Shown: piece after piece, positions 40,376 to 54,283 of the stretch
How the letters are laid out: each line of letters opens with the position of its first letter
Position numbering within the stretch: the stretch's first letter is position 1
Made by a program: the position numbers and the translations under genes
Notes under the pieces: model-generated
The model's input: only the letters and a program-made list of their open reading frames with translations
Database searches by the model: none
Told to the model about the DNA's origin: nothing
DNA from: Octopus sinensis
Taxonomy: Eukaryota
Direction: 5' to 3'
NCBI RefSeq assembly: GCF_006345805.1
Contig: NC_042999.1
Coordinates: 137,702,001 to 137,766,000 of the forward strand
DNA length: 64,000 nt

Positions 40376-40592
40376 TCATCATTCATCATCATCATCATTT
40401 AACGTCTGCTTTCCATGCTAGCATGGGTTGGACGATTTGACTGAGGTCTGGCAAACCAGACTCCAATCTGATCTGGCAGAGTTTCTACAGCTGGATGCCC
40501 TTCCTAACGCCAACCACTCCAAGAGTGTAGCGCGTGCTTTTATGTGCCACCAGCACAAGGGCCAGTCTGGTGGTACTGGCAACGACCACGCT
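40376..40592 (-). mobile_element. Young (CAT)n-tailed SINE
   Basis: Near-consensus catcatttaacgtctgctttccatgctagcatgggttggacg. Confidence 0.88.
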
Positions 40593-40669
40593 CCTATAGC
40601 CTATGATTTGTCCCATATATATAAAGTATCAAATTATTTGAAAATCACAGTTTGGTTTCTCTATTTGTA

Positions 40670-41200
40670 CAAAGGGCCTTAAGGTTAACTAAGCAAAGAC
40701 TAAGCAAGAAAACTTGTAGGACCCTACCCAACTCAGGTAGGTGCCCTGTTCAATTTGTAGGAAAGGTGTAAGCAGGAACTCCATACAGTGTACTCAGTGT
40801 AAGCTATGGACACAAGAGGTGCAGTGGATTAATAGGAAGGTTATGAGAGAAGATAGTTTCATATGTGGAAGATAAACAGAATTCATAAAAACCTTGGACA
40901 CTTGAGAAATTGATTCTCTCAATTGCCCTGGTGGCTCACTAGAGATAGTAGATAATTTCTGCTACCTAGGGGACTAAATTAGTAGTGGGGGAAGAATGCA
41001 CAAAGAGTGTGATAGCTAGAATAAGAATAGAATGGAGGAAATTCAGAGAGTGAAAGAAAGATTGTATGATGCATGTACACAGACAGCAATTCTACATGGT
41101 GGTGAGATGCAGGTCCTGAATGCAGAGGACATGCAAATGTCAGAAAGGAATGAGGTTAGTATGCTCCATTGGATGTGTATTGTAAGTGTACATATTCAAC
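40670..41200 (+). mobile_element. Decayed RTE LINE fragment
   Basis: LEIVDNFCYLGD, RLYDACTQTAILHGGE. Related to 2000-2460. Confidence 0.8.
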
Positions 41201-41522
41201 ATCTGTTGTCCATGCCAGCTCTGGTCAAATCATCCAGCCCATACCAGCATGGACAACAGATGTTAAATGATGATGATGATGATGATTACTACTACTACTG
41301 CTACTATTATTATTACATCAAATGTGACCACAAAAACTCATTCTTGACTGAAAATCTATCTTTTTCAGTGATTAAGAAAATTTTGTTAGCTTCATGTAAG
41401 ACTGTATTCTCAAGATGGTTTTCTGAAACAAGAAATCATTAATTATTATAATATATGACTAGAAAATGAGTTTTGTCAAAAACACATGCAAAAAAAAAAG
41501 ACTCATGTGTTGAAAAATGTAC

Positions 41523-41569
41523 ATAGCAGGAGAATAAAATCTGCTAAGAGAAGTAAGTTAACCAATAAC
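41523..41569 (-). CDS. WSC-domain gene exon, hydrophobic TM/signal-anchor (LLVNLLLLADFILLL)
   Basis: Acceptor catatttag, weak donor T|GTACAT. 47 nt, phase 2 to 1, bridges the flanking exons in frame. Confidence 0.6.
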
Positions 41570-41975
41570 CTAAATATGACTATGAAATACATTTTATAAG
41601 CACTATACTTAATATTGTGAGAAGTTAGGTAATTGAAATATATATTTATGTTTCTGAAAGATGTGTAGAAATAATTAAACATTTTGAAATAAGGAAATAA
41701 CATTGGCTGGAACAGATAGTAAATTGTGCCATTAGAAAATTCCAAGAAGAAATGGCATCAATAAATGAATGCAGTCAGCTACGAAAAAAGATTTCATGAT
41801 TATTTCACTAATTATTAAAGGCTATGAAAAATCAAAATTTAGAATACTTTCATAAAAGTGATATATCAGAAACAGTGCTATCTAGAAGTCTCTGGTTTTA
41901 CCTCCACCACAAATTTTTTGGTTTTTTTTTTTTCATTTTACATTTATTTTTCCCTAACTGCGTAATGTGTGTGTA

Positions 41976-42053
<78 letters not shown>

Positions 42054-42624
42054 TTCTGTAAATAATAATATTTTATAAGCTTAAAGCTTATAACTGATCA
42101 ATGTATAATGACTAAAAAAAATATTCTAATATTAGGGCATATAAACCCTTGATGGAAGAAAGTGGGTTTTCAATATGCATGGGACTCAAATCCACACCTC
42201 TGTATATTTGTGATAAGTGTGCTACCACTTCGCTGATGTACCCACTTGCTTCTTCCCAGGGTTTATATGCCCCAATACTAGACTATTTTCTTTAGTCAAT
42301 ACACAGTAATTGCTTATAAGCTTTAAACTTATAAAATATTATTATTATTCACAGAAGTGTCACTTATCACTGCTTCTCAAATCATCACAGAAAACACAAG
42401 CTTGTTTGTTTAAAAAAACAACACTATGAAATTATACTTCTTAACTCTAACAGGAAGAAGCAAGGGGGTACATTGATGTAATGGTAGCACACTTATCACA
42501 AATTTATAGAAGTGTGGGTTCAAGTCCCATGCATAGCGAAAACCCACTTTTATCCATCGAGGGCTTATATGCCTCAATATTAGAGTATTCTCTTTAAGCT
42601 TATAAAATATCATTATTTACAGAA
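42054..42624. repeat. Nested inverted-repeat element with two opposed tRNA-like units
   Basis: 42054-42149 is inverted against 42258-42355. 42054-42256 is inverted against 42453-42624. A/B boxes at 42474-42527. Confidence 0.85.
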
Positions 42625-42644
42625 TTATCACTCATCACCAGTTC

Positions 42645-43495
42645 TCATTCATCGATGAAAATGCCCTGGACCTCACGGAGGCAAAGTGGCTGAGTTCTTT
42701 TCAAGTGTTGGGCCTCATGGAGACAATGACCAAGACCTTTGGCATTGTCATGCTTGAGAAGAAGACCCATCAAGCCAAGCAAAATCGCAGTCATGGCAGA
42801 TACTGGTGCCACACAAATTGGCACTTTACTGGTAGCACATAAAAGCACCCCCAGTGTCATGCTGGAGGCACATAAAAGTACCCATTACACTCTCAGAGTG
42901 GTTGGTGTTAGGAAGGGCATCCAGCCATAGAAAAGCATGTCAAATCAGACTGAAGTCTAGTGTAGCCTTCCAGCGTGCCAGCCCAGTCAAACCATCCAAC
43001 CCATGCCAGCCATGGACAACAGACGTTAAATCATGATGATGATATATATAGCCAGCCCACTTATGCATACCTTTCCTTCTTGTGACACAAACCCTACTTG
43101 TGAGGACCTGTTGAGGCAAGTGAAAATTAAAATCAAAATCAAAATCGATCAACATCAATGGAAATTGTAGCTGTGATACCAGTGCCGGTGGCACGTAACA
43201 TAACCATCTGAACGTGGCCATTGCCAGTGCCGCTCCGACTGGCCTCCGTGCCGGTGGCACGTAAAAAGCACCATCCGATTGTGGCCGTTGCCAGCCTCAT
43301 CTGGCACTTGTGCAGGTGGCATGTAAAAAGCACCCACTACACTCACAGAGTGGTTGGCATTAGGAAGGGTATCCAGCTGTAGAAACACTGCCAGATCAGA
43401 CTGGGCCTGGCGCAGCCTTTTGGCTTCCCAGACCCCAGTTGAACCGTCCAACCCATGCTAGCATGGAAAATGGACGTTAAACGATGATGATGATA
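42645..43495 (+). mobile_element. Two tandem (GAT)n-tailed SINEs
   Basis: Each ends ...ccatgc.agc..tgga.aa..gacgttaaa.gatgatgat, at ~43040 and ~43495. Confidence 0.85.
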
Positions 43496-43496
43496 T

Positions 43497-44000
43497 ACAG
43501 GAGTTGGACAAAATAATGGAAACACCTTCAAATTTCAAACAAATTTATTTTAATATAGAGTAGGACCACCTTTGGCAGTAATTACAAATTGAATTCTATG
43601 AGGTATGGACTTGTACAAAGTTTAATTGTTTCCGAAGGAATTTTTGTCCATTCTTCAGATAAAACAGTCTCCAGTTCTTGTAATGATGATGGTGGAGAAT
43701 ATCAACTCCTTACTTGTTTTTCTAAAATGCCCCATAAATGTTCTCTGGGGACTGTGGTGACCAGATAAGATGTTCAACTTCACTAGAATGTTCTTCAAGC
43801 CATTCAGTAACAACTTTAGCTGTGTGAATTGGTGCATTATCATCCTGAAAGATTGTGTTTCCCTCCAGAAACAGTTCCGCAACCATAGGATGAATTTGAT
43901 CAGATAAAATGCTTAAATAGTCTTGTCTATTAATTCTGCCATGAAGGGAAACCAAAATCTCCATCCAAATGGAGAAAATCCAATTTATGTGGATGTCCTG
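43497..44000 (-). mobile_element. Tc1-like transposon 3' remnant
   Basis: ta|caggagttggacaaaataatggaaacacc TIR. FQDDNAPIH, WSPQSP..ENI motifs. Confidence 0.88.
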
Positions 44001-47000
44001 ATCTGAAACTCAGCCTTACAAATAATTAAATGAAATTACAACTATTGCAAAGCATTTCATTGTATATTCAGACATGATTATATTACGATCCATTATCTGT
44101 AGGGGTATAAAACTGAATCTTCTCTAAGTTTGGACATTTACAATAAATTTAATAAGTATCCTTTTAGAGCTCTGTGGAAGGGATGGCACACACTGTTTGA
44201 CCAGGCATAAACCCATTTTTTGGTACATCATTTTCATGACAAAATATAGCCAGCCCACTTATGCATACCTTTCCTTCTTGTGACACAAACCCTACTTGTG
44301 AAGACCTGTTGAGGCAAGTGAAAATTAAAATCAAAATCAAAATCGATCAACATCAATGGAATTTTGTACATCTACCATGAATCCATTTCCCACATTTCAT
44401 ACACAACAACACTTCCTTGGAAAATTATAAATCATTTGAAAGTTCTGGATATGAACTTTGTTCTCATATACTTTTAATCAAAATCTGACAATTAGCTAAG
44501 ATGTCAGGGTCCCTCAAACACCCTGATATTTCCACCCATTCTCAAAGTTTGACTACTGAACAGTAGTCTTCAATCTAGTTCAATGTACTTGATCACTATA
44601 ACTGAAGTTGTGTTAATAATCCATACACACATGTAAATGAATTTTTAAAATTTATTTTGATATAAATCTCAATGGTGGTAGATCACATAATCGTTATGAA
44701 ATATAAAAGTGAAAATCAGCACTTACTTGACTTCATCTTGCGTATGACTTCTCGCAGAATGGGAATCCATCACTTTGACAAGTAGCATCAATATGTATTA
44801 ATCGTATACAAAAAATATCAGTATACAACCCACTTTTTTCATTTTGCACTTTTTTGCCATACCTTGGCCAGAATCAGCAATGTCCATGATGATTTAACAA
44901 GAAATTTTTCTTTCTTATAGTTAGAGAAATTATGTTATTTTCTAAGTGAAAATTAGCAATAAAATTTTCACTTTTATATTTCTTAACAATTATCTGACCT
45001 ATTCTCATCAAGTTTTATATCAAAATAAAGCTAAAACATTCATCTACATGCATATCCAATTTTTAACACAATACAAGTTAAGGCACTCGAATGCATTGAA
45101 CTAGAAAAAGGGCTAGTGTTCAGCAGACAAAAAAAGAATACCAGAGTGTTTGTGGGAACCTGACATAACTTGTAACTGTCAGATTTTAATTAAAACTATA
45201 TGAGGAGAAAGTTCACATTCAAAGCTTTCAAGTGATATATAATTTTCCATGGAAAAAATTTGACATGAAAATGATAAAGCAAAAAATGTTTTTTTATGTC
45301 AACTGTTTTCATCACTTTGGCATTGATGAATACCAGTTAATCGTATAAAGACCAGTAATTTAACTGGATTTTAATTGCTCAATCAATGCAAATCCCTGCT
45401 ATATTACACTTAAATTTCAGTTGTATTATTCTTAATATAAAACTTTTTAATAGAATCTTTCTATATCTAATATTTATAACCTAAACTTGGCATAAAACCC
45501 ATAATGAATAGATTTTATACCAAGTAATATGAAAAAGAAGCACTAAGAATGCTGAAGCTTCATAAAACCAAAAAAAAAAAAGAAGAAGAAGCAAAGGATC
45601 ATAATTGAAGATACATAGAATTATAAAACAGGAAAAAGTGAAAGAAATATGAGTGAAAGTGATAAGCATAGAACCAGGTGGAAAGAAAGCTGTTATTGGA
45701 AAGACAAATGTTATACCCCAACAGAAGATAAGTGATATCTCAGATCAGTAATTGTTTCAGCAAAATCTAACTGGAAACCCTATACATGTTCTGAATCCTA
45801 AATTGTCACTACTCAGGCTACATTTAACAGACTTTTCACTCTTATTTCTGTAATTGTTGAAGTGGAAAGTGTGCCAAATTATGAATGATCAAACTTTCTT
45901 CACATATACAGGAATAAGTTGCTGGAAGTTAAAAACTATGAATATGATAAAGGGAAATGTTCACATAGCTACTACAAATATCAACTAAAGTAAAATTTAA
46001 ATCATGTATAATTAAAACATTATTATACAACCAAAATATCACTTTCAGGCAAAAGTAAAGAATAGAAAAGATAAATAATATTATACTAGGCTTACCAAAG
46101 GATACAAGAAGTCAAGAAATTTACTAAATAAGAACAACAAATTTATAACCAATTCTACTGATTTTAACTGTCCAATTACAATTACACAGAGTAACATAAA
46201 AATTGTTGAGTTGGATAGAAACACAATTATTCTAAAACTGGTCTATAATACACACAAACATTTTACAAACAGTAACTTTTCCATAAATAAACTATGTAAA
46301 TATAAGTTAGTTCCATTTGTTGAATTTGTAACTGCAACAGTTGAAATATTAAAAAATTACTTTTGAGAAAGTTCAATTAGAATAAAGGATTCTTATATTG
46401 GCACAAGATCACAGATTTGCAGGCAAAGAATTTAGTCACTTGAACTGGTATGTATTTTATTGACTAATGAGACTAAAGGTGACAGGATTTGAACTCAGAA
46501 TGAAGAAGAATAGAACTAAATACCTCAAGGCATATAGCTTAGTATTCAACTGTTTCTTTCACTTTACTATCTGTAATGTGTACTGTGAATGTAAGCAAAT
46601 TTTAAAATAACAACATACTATTATCTCAAAATTAAGAAAGCATTTTTCATGATAAGTTGAGCTTCATAATACTGAACAGGGAAAGTATAATGGCACTGGT
46701 CAAATTAGAGGAAATATAACTAAAATACAAAAGATTTACTATTTCTTACAAATTTTTAACAACTTGAACAATCTATATTTGAGTGGTTCTAACCAAGATA
46801 TTAGATGTCCAAATTAATGCAATTAGACAATCAAATTGGTAAAAGATAAGAGAGATGATTAACTAAAACATACAGACAAACAAGACAGATAAATTAACAG
46901 ATAGGAAGAATGACAAATAAAAATAAAGAGATTATGCAGTGCTGACAACTGGCTTTACTATAAAGAAATTTTTTAAAATTAATTTGAAAAGAGAAATCAA

Positions 47001-49955
47001 GAATGCTAAATGAATAGATAAAGTAATATGATAGAAAAAAAAAAACTGAGGCTGAAAAATTTAGATTTTATAACCAGATATAGATTTTGTGATACTTTGT
47101 TTTATTAATAACACAGACTGTGACATATCTGACTTAAACCAGATAATTATAATTTATTTTTTGTTAGTCTTAAAATTGTCTTATTAAGAAAGAGAAACCG
47201 TTCATAGATAATGCCTAATTCAGCAATTCATATTCTCAAGATCCGAATCAGTATAAATTCAGTAAATATATAAACTTTAGTTTATACACTGGTATCCCTT
47301 GATTAGTGCAAGTTTTCATTAGAGCAATCCCTCAATGTATAAAAAATTTGATTGGCATAATTTAGAATTTATAAGCTGATCAAAAAGAGGAAAATGTCCA
47401 CTTTGTTCCATTTGTTAATTGCCACATTTCATAGCCATTTAATTCTAGAGGCTTCATTCATCAAGCATAGATCTCAACATTTGCTGATGGCTATGAGAAG
47501 TCACCAACATGAACATATGTATTGCAAATTGTCTAGGTTTGATTTTATATGCATTCATCAGCAGCAACATCATTTAACATGTGCTTTCCATGCTGGCATG
47601 AGTTGGACAATTCAACAGAAACCATTGAAATAAAGGAATATGCTGAGCCCTAAATGTGTGCTTTAGCATAGTTTCTATGCTGGATGTCCTTTCTAACATT
47701 AACCATTTTACAGAGTGTACTGAGTGCTGTGTTCATGGCACCAGCACTAGTGAGGTTACCAAGTAACTTGCAAGATAAAACCCTTCAAGTGAGTAGGGGT
47801 ATAGTTTTGAAACAGGTAAAAGTACAATAGAGAGAAACAGGAACAGGTCTAACTGAAGAGATACATGGCTACCCCAGCCGAAAAAAAAGAGATGGTAAAG
47901 GTATACCTTCAAGGTACAATATTGGACAAAGAACAACAGTGCACAAATGAGCTGAGAAAAAAATTGGATGTAAGACAATGTAAGATGTATGAGGAACCAG
48001 TTGTAGTATGCTATGCTTTTACAAACATGTGATGTGTATCAAAGTTGAAAGTTAACTAAAGAACTGTCAAGCAACACAAGTGGAAGAATCATGCAAAAAA
48101 GGAAACCTAACAAAGATATGGAAAGAAGTGATGAAAATTTATTTCAATAGAGTGAACCTCACAAAGATGAGAAAGGATTATAACAAGTAGTAAAATACTC
48201 TGCTAGAGAAGACCCATCTATGCAAGTATAGAAAAGAGAACATAAAGTGATGATGATGTCTCATGGAGTAAATGAAGCTAGCAAATATAAAGTCAGCATT
48301 CCATGGCACTTATACAGTATTGAAAAGTAAGAGCTGAAATAACACTGTATTCAAATGCAACACAATTTTCTCAAAATGATCTTCATAATATAGGGGCTGT
48401 AATTGTAGTAGAAAAGGTCATCTCACAATTTAATGCAGATGGAGAAGTAGGGAATATTTTTGTTGTTTTTCATACTTTTGAAAATAGTATTATTGAGTAT
48501 TTCATTATAGAGAAGAAACAATAAAATATACTGATTCTGTTTAGAACTTTGGGTAAAATCTAAATCTGAATTAAAGCAATGTTGAATTTTTTGTTTTTTG
48601 GTTTAGGAAGGGTAGGGGCTGTGCCCATGGGCTACACAAGTACTTATAAGACTGGCAAAATGAAACAGAATGAGCTCTCTTTTTACTCTTAGAGATATAG
48701 AAAATTTAAAATGTAAGCTTTATCTTTTTTTTAATACATATGCAATTTTAACCAGACTATAAAAAGCTAAGTGATTACACTACAGCTTTTATCACTCCGT
48801 GGACATAAAAAAAGGGAATCAATCTGACTAGTTTTTAGTATTTATAGATTGTGATCAGAGAAAGACTACCCAAGTCTGCCCACGGACAGATTAATAGATT
48901 ATAGCTATATATAGTGTAAACAATGTAGTACTAAGCTGTATATATTAGTAAAATACATACTCTATATTTCAAATTACAAAAAAATACTGTGCAGTACACT
49001 ATGAAATAATTAGCACTACTGGAATTCCTAATTTTCTTTGCTTGAAGCCACTTATAATGTACTTAATTTAAGACCCACTAAAACTCTCTTTAATTTCTCT
49101 TGTAGCTGAATCATTTTGCTTATCTTCAGTATTGGTATAAATTATTCTTAAATGTGTATTTGTGTTAAGATTTAGAATATGATCTTAACATACAGTGACT
49201 GTATGTTGCTAACAAAGGTAAACATTCAGTCCACATGCTTCTATAGAATTTTTATATAAGAATAACTCTTATTTCCATATAATATTGAAATTCATATTCT
49301 ACAGTAAATTAAAACCTCCTGAATACAATGGAAAACAATTCAATTCTATAATTAGATGTTTAAACTTTTTCAGCTATTCTGTTGATAGGATTATAAAACA
49401 AAGATTTTTATAACTTACTATATTATACATCTAAAAATAAAACTAGGGGAGTCAATTTTAATTAAAATTCTGAAAAAGTTATTACAATGTTGGATGATAA
49501 AATCTCAATTGCAGACTTGTCAGAAAAATTATAGCTATAAATTAAAAGAAATTAATCTTTTTTGTTTTTCTCTTCAAGTCATAGACAAGATTTATGTTTG
49601 AAAAAAGGAAAAGTAAACTCATAATAATAAGCTTTCTAGTCTCATGCATTTAATTCCAGTTCCTGGTTAGTTATATTTGCTGCTAATTCTAAGTATTTTA
49701 AGGATATACATTTAAAGACTATTATATAGCCAGAGGAAGTCTTTAGCTATTCATCAATGAATACATATGTATTCAAACACATTTATCTAATTTACTTAAA
49801 TCCAAAAGTAGATATTAACAACCAATAAATGTACATTGTTGTGATAAAAGGCTTATATAAATGTCCATTTTAATAACTGCTAGTAATTTCTGTTAAATAA
49901 AAGAGCACTATAACAAATAAAAGGGGCTTATAACAAATTAATAAATAATGCAAAA

Positions 49956-49956
<1 letters not shown>

Positions 49957-50037
<81 letters not shown>

Positions 50038-50323
50038 GATAATAATATGTATGTGTATGTAATTCACAAACAACAGAATTCTTGGTAAAATGTTTTTAGA
50101 TATACTATAAGCATTCCTTGAAAAGAGAATATTAAAAGCAGATGTTCTTAGATAGCAGTCAAATTTGTTCTGACATATTTTTTATTTTTTAATATTACAC
50201 TTTCCAGTATAAGATCACAGGATGAAAAGGACAGTAATGTTAATACAAGAATGTACATGAAAGAAAATGTAACATTTCAGTTACAAAAAAATTCTATAAG
50301 CTAATTTTTTTTCTTTTACAGAG

Positions 50324-50395
<72 letters not shown>

Positions 50396-50410
50396 CCACA
50401 CACACATACA
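49957..50410. repeat. Two (TG)n microsatellites (49957-50037, 50327-50392)
   Basis: Directly visible. Confidence 0.97.
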
Positions 50411-53400
50411 TACAACATTTCTTTAAAGCATAATTTAACTTACTAATAATTGAGAATTGTTTCATCATCTATTTGTCATTTTTAACACCAAAATACTGAC
50501 ACCTATTTCTCCATGTAAGAATGGGTTGAAATTTTATGTGTAAAATATATTTTCAAATCTCAAAAATAATGATTTAGAATGCCTGCTTATGCAGATTAAA
50601 CTACATGATTTCTCTGCTACAGGTAGTACTACTACAACCATCACTCACAAACAAGTATAATTTGGCAGTATGCACCATACTTTCACTAATTTTTTTCAGT
50701 ACCTATGTCATTGCAAGCAGAAATAGACATTTTCTTGGCCTTCCTGTTTCTTGATTTACCAGAATATCCAGGATTTGACAGCTGGAGGAAGAGAGGGCTG
50801 CACCAGCACTCAACTGGTATTCATTTCAGCTAACTAGTCTAGAGCAACATGAAATTATGTGCTTTGCGCAAGTACACAACATGCCACCAGGAATCAAACA
50901 AATGACCTCTGATCATGGGCCCAACACCCTAAACACTAAGTCACAGTTAGTAAGGTCATGAAATTTGTATTACAAACAAAAAAATGCTATTGTTTTTAAA
51001 TGCATTATTGCTTAATTTTTATGTGAGTAGATGTAAAAGTCAACATAGCAAAGACTTAATTAGTAACAGAAATTACAAATTCCTACACCATCTAGGAAGT
51101 AGTATTCTTTGATATGTAAAAAGGGTGTAAATAATAACTCTTTGCTATGTAATCAGAGTAAACACTCAGCACACAGGAACTGCAATGGGATTAACAAATT
51201 AACAGTGGATCTAAACTTCAGATGTTATAGATGACATGTTTAGTTAGTAGCAGAAGCACACATGAGTGACTTGAATTGCTAACTAGATGTAGTTAATTAT
51301 TTGTTAAGTATAGGTTATAGTGAAAGTATGAAAAGCTAAATCAGAAGGAAAAACTGAGTCTAGGGAACTGTTACTGTGTTAGCAAGTGTTTCACTTTACA
51401 TGCAAAAGGTAGGTTATTTGAAGTATGTATACAGAGTGGTGCTACAAAGTAATGACATGAGCACTGAATGTGAAAATGATCAATTAGATGTGTAACATTA
51501 ACTTATATAGAGGGTAAGTTCATGAATGGCTGGGTAGCAAAGGCATTTTTGCTTGAGATTATGTTAATGAAGATATGTGATGTGAATGAACAATGCATAC
51601 TGTTAGCAAAGGATTGCATGCTTGCCAGCAGAGGTTGCCTGTACATGAAAACCCAAGAAAACCAATGGAAGAAGTAATGAGGCCAGATATAAAACTACCA
51701 GATTTGCTTGTGATACAAGATGACACAGGATTAAGACACATGGTGATATGCCATACTACAAAACCAATTAACACATGTCAATATGGTTAAAATAAAGATT
51801 AAAATGTGGATAATGATCATGAAAATCAAAATATTAAAAAATTAAGGTTAGATAATTTGTCTACTATCACATGCATAGCAGCGGGCTCAATACAACATCA
51901 GATAACTTCCTTGCAGTATTTTGGTATATCTCTTTATGTTTTGAGTTCCAATCCTACACATGCTGATTTTGTATTTCCTCAGTCTAAGGTTAATAAGTGC
52001 TGCTTAAACTATAATGCTTACATAACTGACTATACCCTTGAGAACAGTGACCCAATGTGGCTCTGATTCAATGTTAGAAATCAGTAAAAGACTAAAGTAG
52101 CATAAATTTTAAGAATTTCGATTAAAATTCTGAATGAACTGAAATTACAATTAAGAAATTTCTGCATAAAGCATCCAATAAGCATCAGCTTGTTTGTTTT
52201 ATTCTGCTTAGCTCACTTTATTTTTTTCTAATCGGGCAAATTACTCCAGGCCACAACTTGTCTCTTGCTTGCAAATAAGGATCTGATTCCCTTTGAGCAT
52301 ATAAATTAACTTTGAGAAAAAAAATTAGGTTTTTGAAATTATCTCCCTTCTCTTTGGGAGTTGCTAATAAATGTTTCTCTTCAAGAGGGAATTTTCAATT
52401 AAGAAATTTTTGTATCCAACAACATCAAGTACATCATACTTTAAATTATTTATCCAAATTCATGCTATTGGTCTATTTTAATTATTTCCTTCAGTTCATT
52501 TCGTTTTTTAATTATAGTTTATAGTTGAGATGTCTATCTTCTGTGCCAAGTCACCCCCAAGTTACCTTATGGTGAATATTAAGCCATCATATAAAGTGAA
52601 AAAAGACTTATCATTTAAGGAACTAACATAAATTATAGTTTAAATTTAAGATGACTGAATTGGAGCAAATCACAGAGCACTAGATTTGAGATTTTAGATG
52701 CTTTGAAATCTTATTTCATAGGACTGAATTTGTTTTTATCTCAACAAAATTGATAAAATAAGTACCAGCAAGTATTGAAAATGACTCAAATGACAAACCC
52801 CTCTTCCATACAAGAATTGTTGAAAGGGAGAGAAAAAGAGAGAGAAGAAGAGAGAGAAAAGATATAAAGTTGGTAATGACAAGATGTCAAAATGTACCCT
52901 CAAAGAACAAAGTGAATAGAAGAGAGCATGGTAACAGAAGTTCAAGGGTGGGTAAGTAAACTATTACAAGAGTGTAGGAGAGTGAGAAATTATGAAAAAT
53001 AGTGGGTGATGAGAATGTAATGAATGGTGAACAAGGATGGAGTTGGGAAATCCAGTGGTAAATATTAGTGGTGGAGACAGTAATAAAAATGAGGGATGGA
53101 TGTCAATAGAAGTGGCTTAATGCAGAGGAAATGATGACTGACATTATAGAAAGGGTGATGAGCAGTAGAATAATATGGTAGATAAAGGATAATATCATCA
53201 TAATATAACATCTACTTTTCATGCTGACATGGGTTTGACAGTGGCTCTCATTAAAAACTATCATGTGTCATTGATTTCCAATATTCTGCAAGAATATGTC
53301 TGGTCATGGGGACATCAGGCAGTAGAAAATGTTCCACAAATAAATTCCGTTTGATCTATGCAAGCATAGAAAAATAGACGTTAATGAATATGATACCTAG

Positions 53401-53695
53401 GAGTAATTATTGCATTATCAACAACAGCATCACCACAACCACAACAAATATTCAAATGTCTACATATACATACATCTCTTGGGCCAACATTAACACTCAC
53501 TTTAAGATTTCCTATGTCTACTTTTACCAAACATTAGTTCACCAAGTTCTTGTCCGTGAAGAAGACTATTTGCCATCATTCAACCTGATAGACAACGCAT
53601 TCAAGTCACATCCTGCTGGATCGACAGGAATACTTCTGTTTACTGGATCAAAACTGATCTGAGGTTCAATAAAGGCAGTTTATCATCATCAACTA

Positions 53696-53900
53696 AGATG
53701 GCGAGCTGGCAGAACCGTTAATGCTTGGCGGCATTTCGTTCGTCTTTACATTCTGAGCTCAAATTCCGCCAAGGTTGATTTTTTGCCTTTCAACGTTTCG
53801 GGATCGATAAATTAAGTAACAGTTAAGTACTGGGATCGATGTAATCGACTAGCCTCCTCTCTCAAACTTTCAAGCCTTATGCCAAAATTTGAAATCATTA
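53696..53900 (+). mobile_element. tRNA-derived SINE, CpG-intact
   Basis: ggcgagctggcagaaccgtta...gagctcaaattccgcc...gatcgataaattaagta. Confidence 0.85.
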
Positions 53901-54283
53901 TTATAAATATTAATTTTCAGGTGAAGTAAACAGGACTAGTCTTATAGGGATTATTATTTTAATGCATGAATATATCAACAATGCTTTATGTTGTGAATGA
54001 TTTGCTTTAAAATATAGTTATCGCCTGGATTTTCTTTCCTTTTTTTTACAGGAATATTCAACAATTGTACAGAGTTCGATGAATGGTTCTTCTCGAAGTG
54101 TTAGGTATCCTATCTCGACATGGCACGCTAATATAACAAGCTTTGTTTCCTTAAGTCTTTGCTTTTCAACTACTGAATTGACTCTTGGCCGCTGCAAAGC
54201 ATCAACTGGATGTGTCTTTCAATTCTAAATGGTATATTTAATGTACAAATTTTTCATCAAAAGTAGTTACAGATAAAACTTAC

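Noticed and set aside
42466-42537. tRNA gene
   Set aside because: A/B boxes are present but the acceptor and anticodon stems do not pair well, and it sits inside a repeat with a diverged inverted twin.
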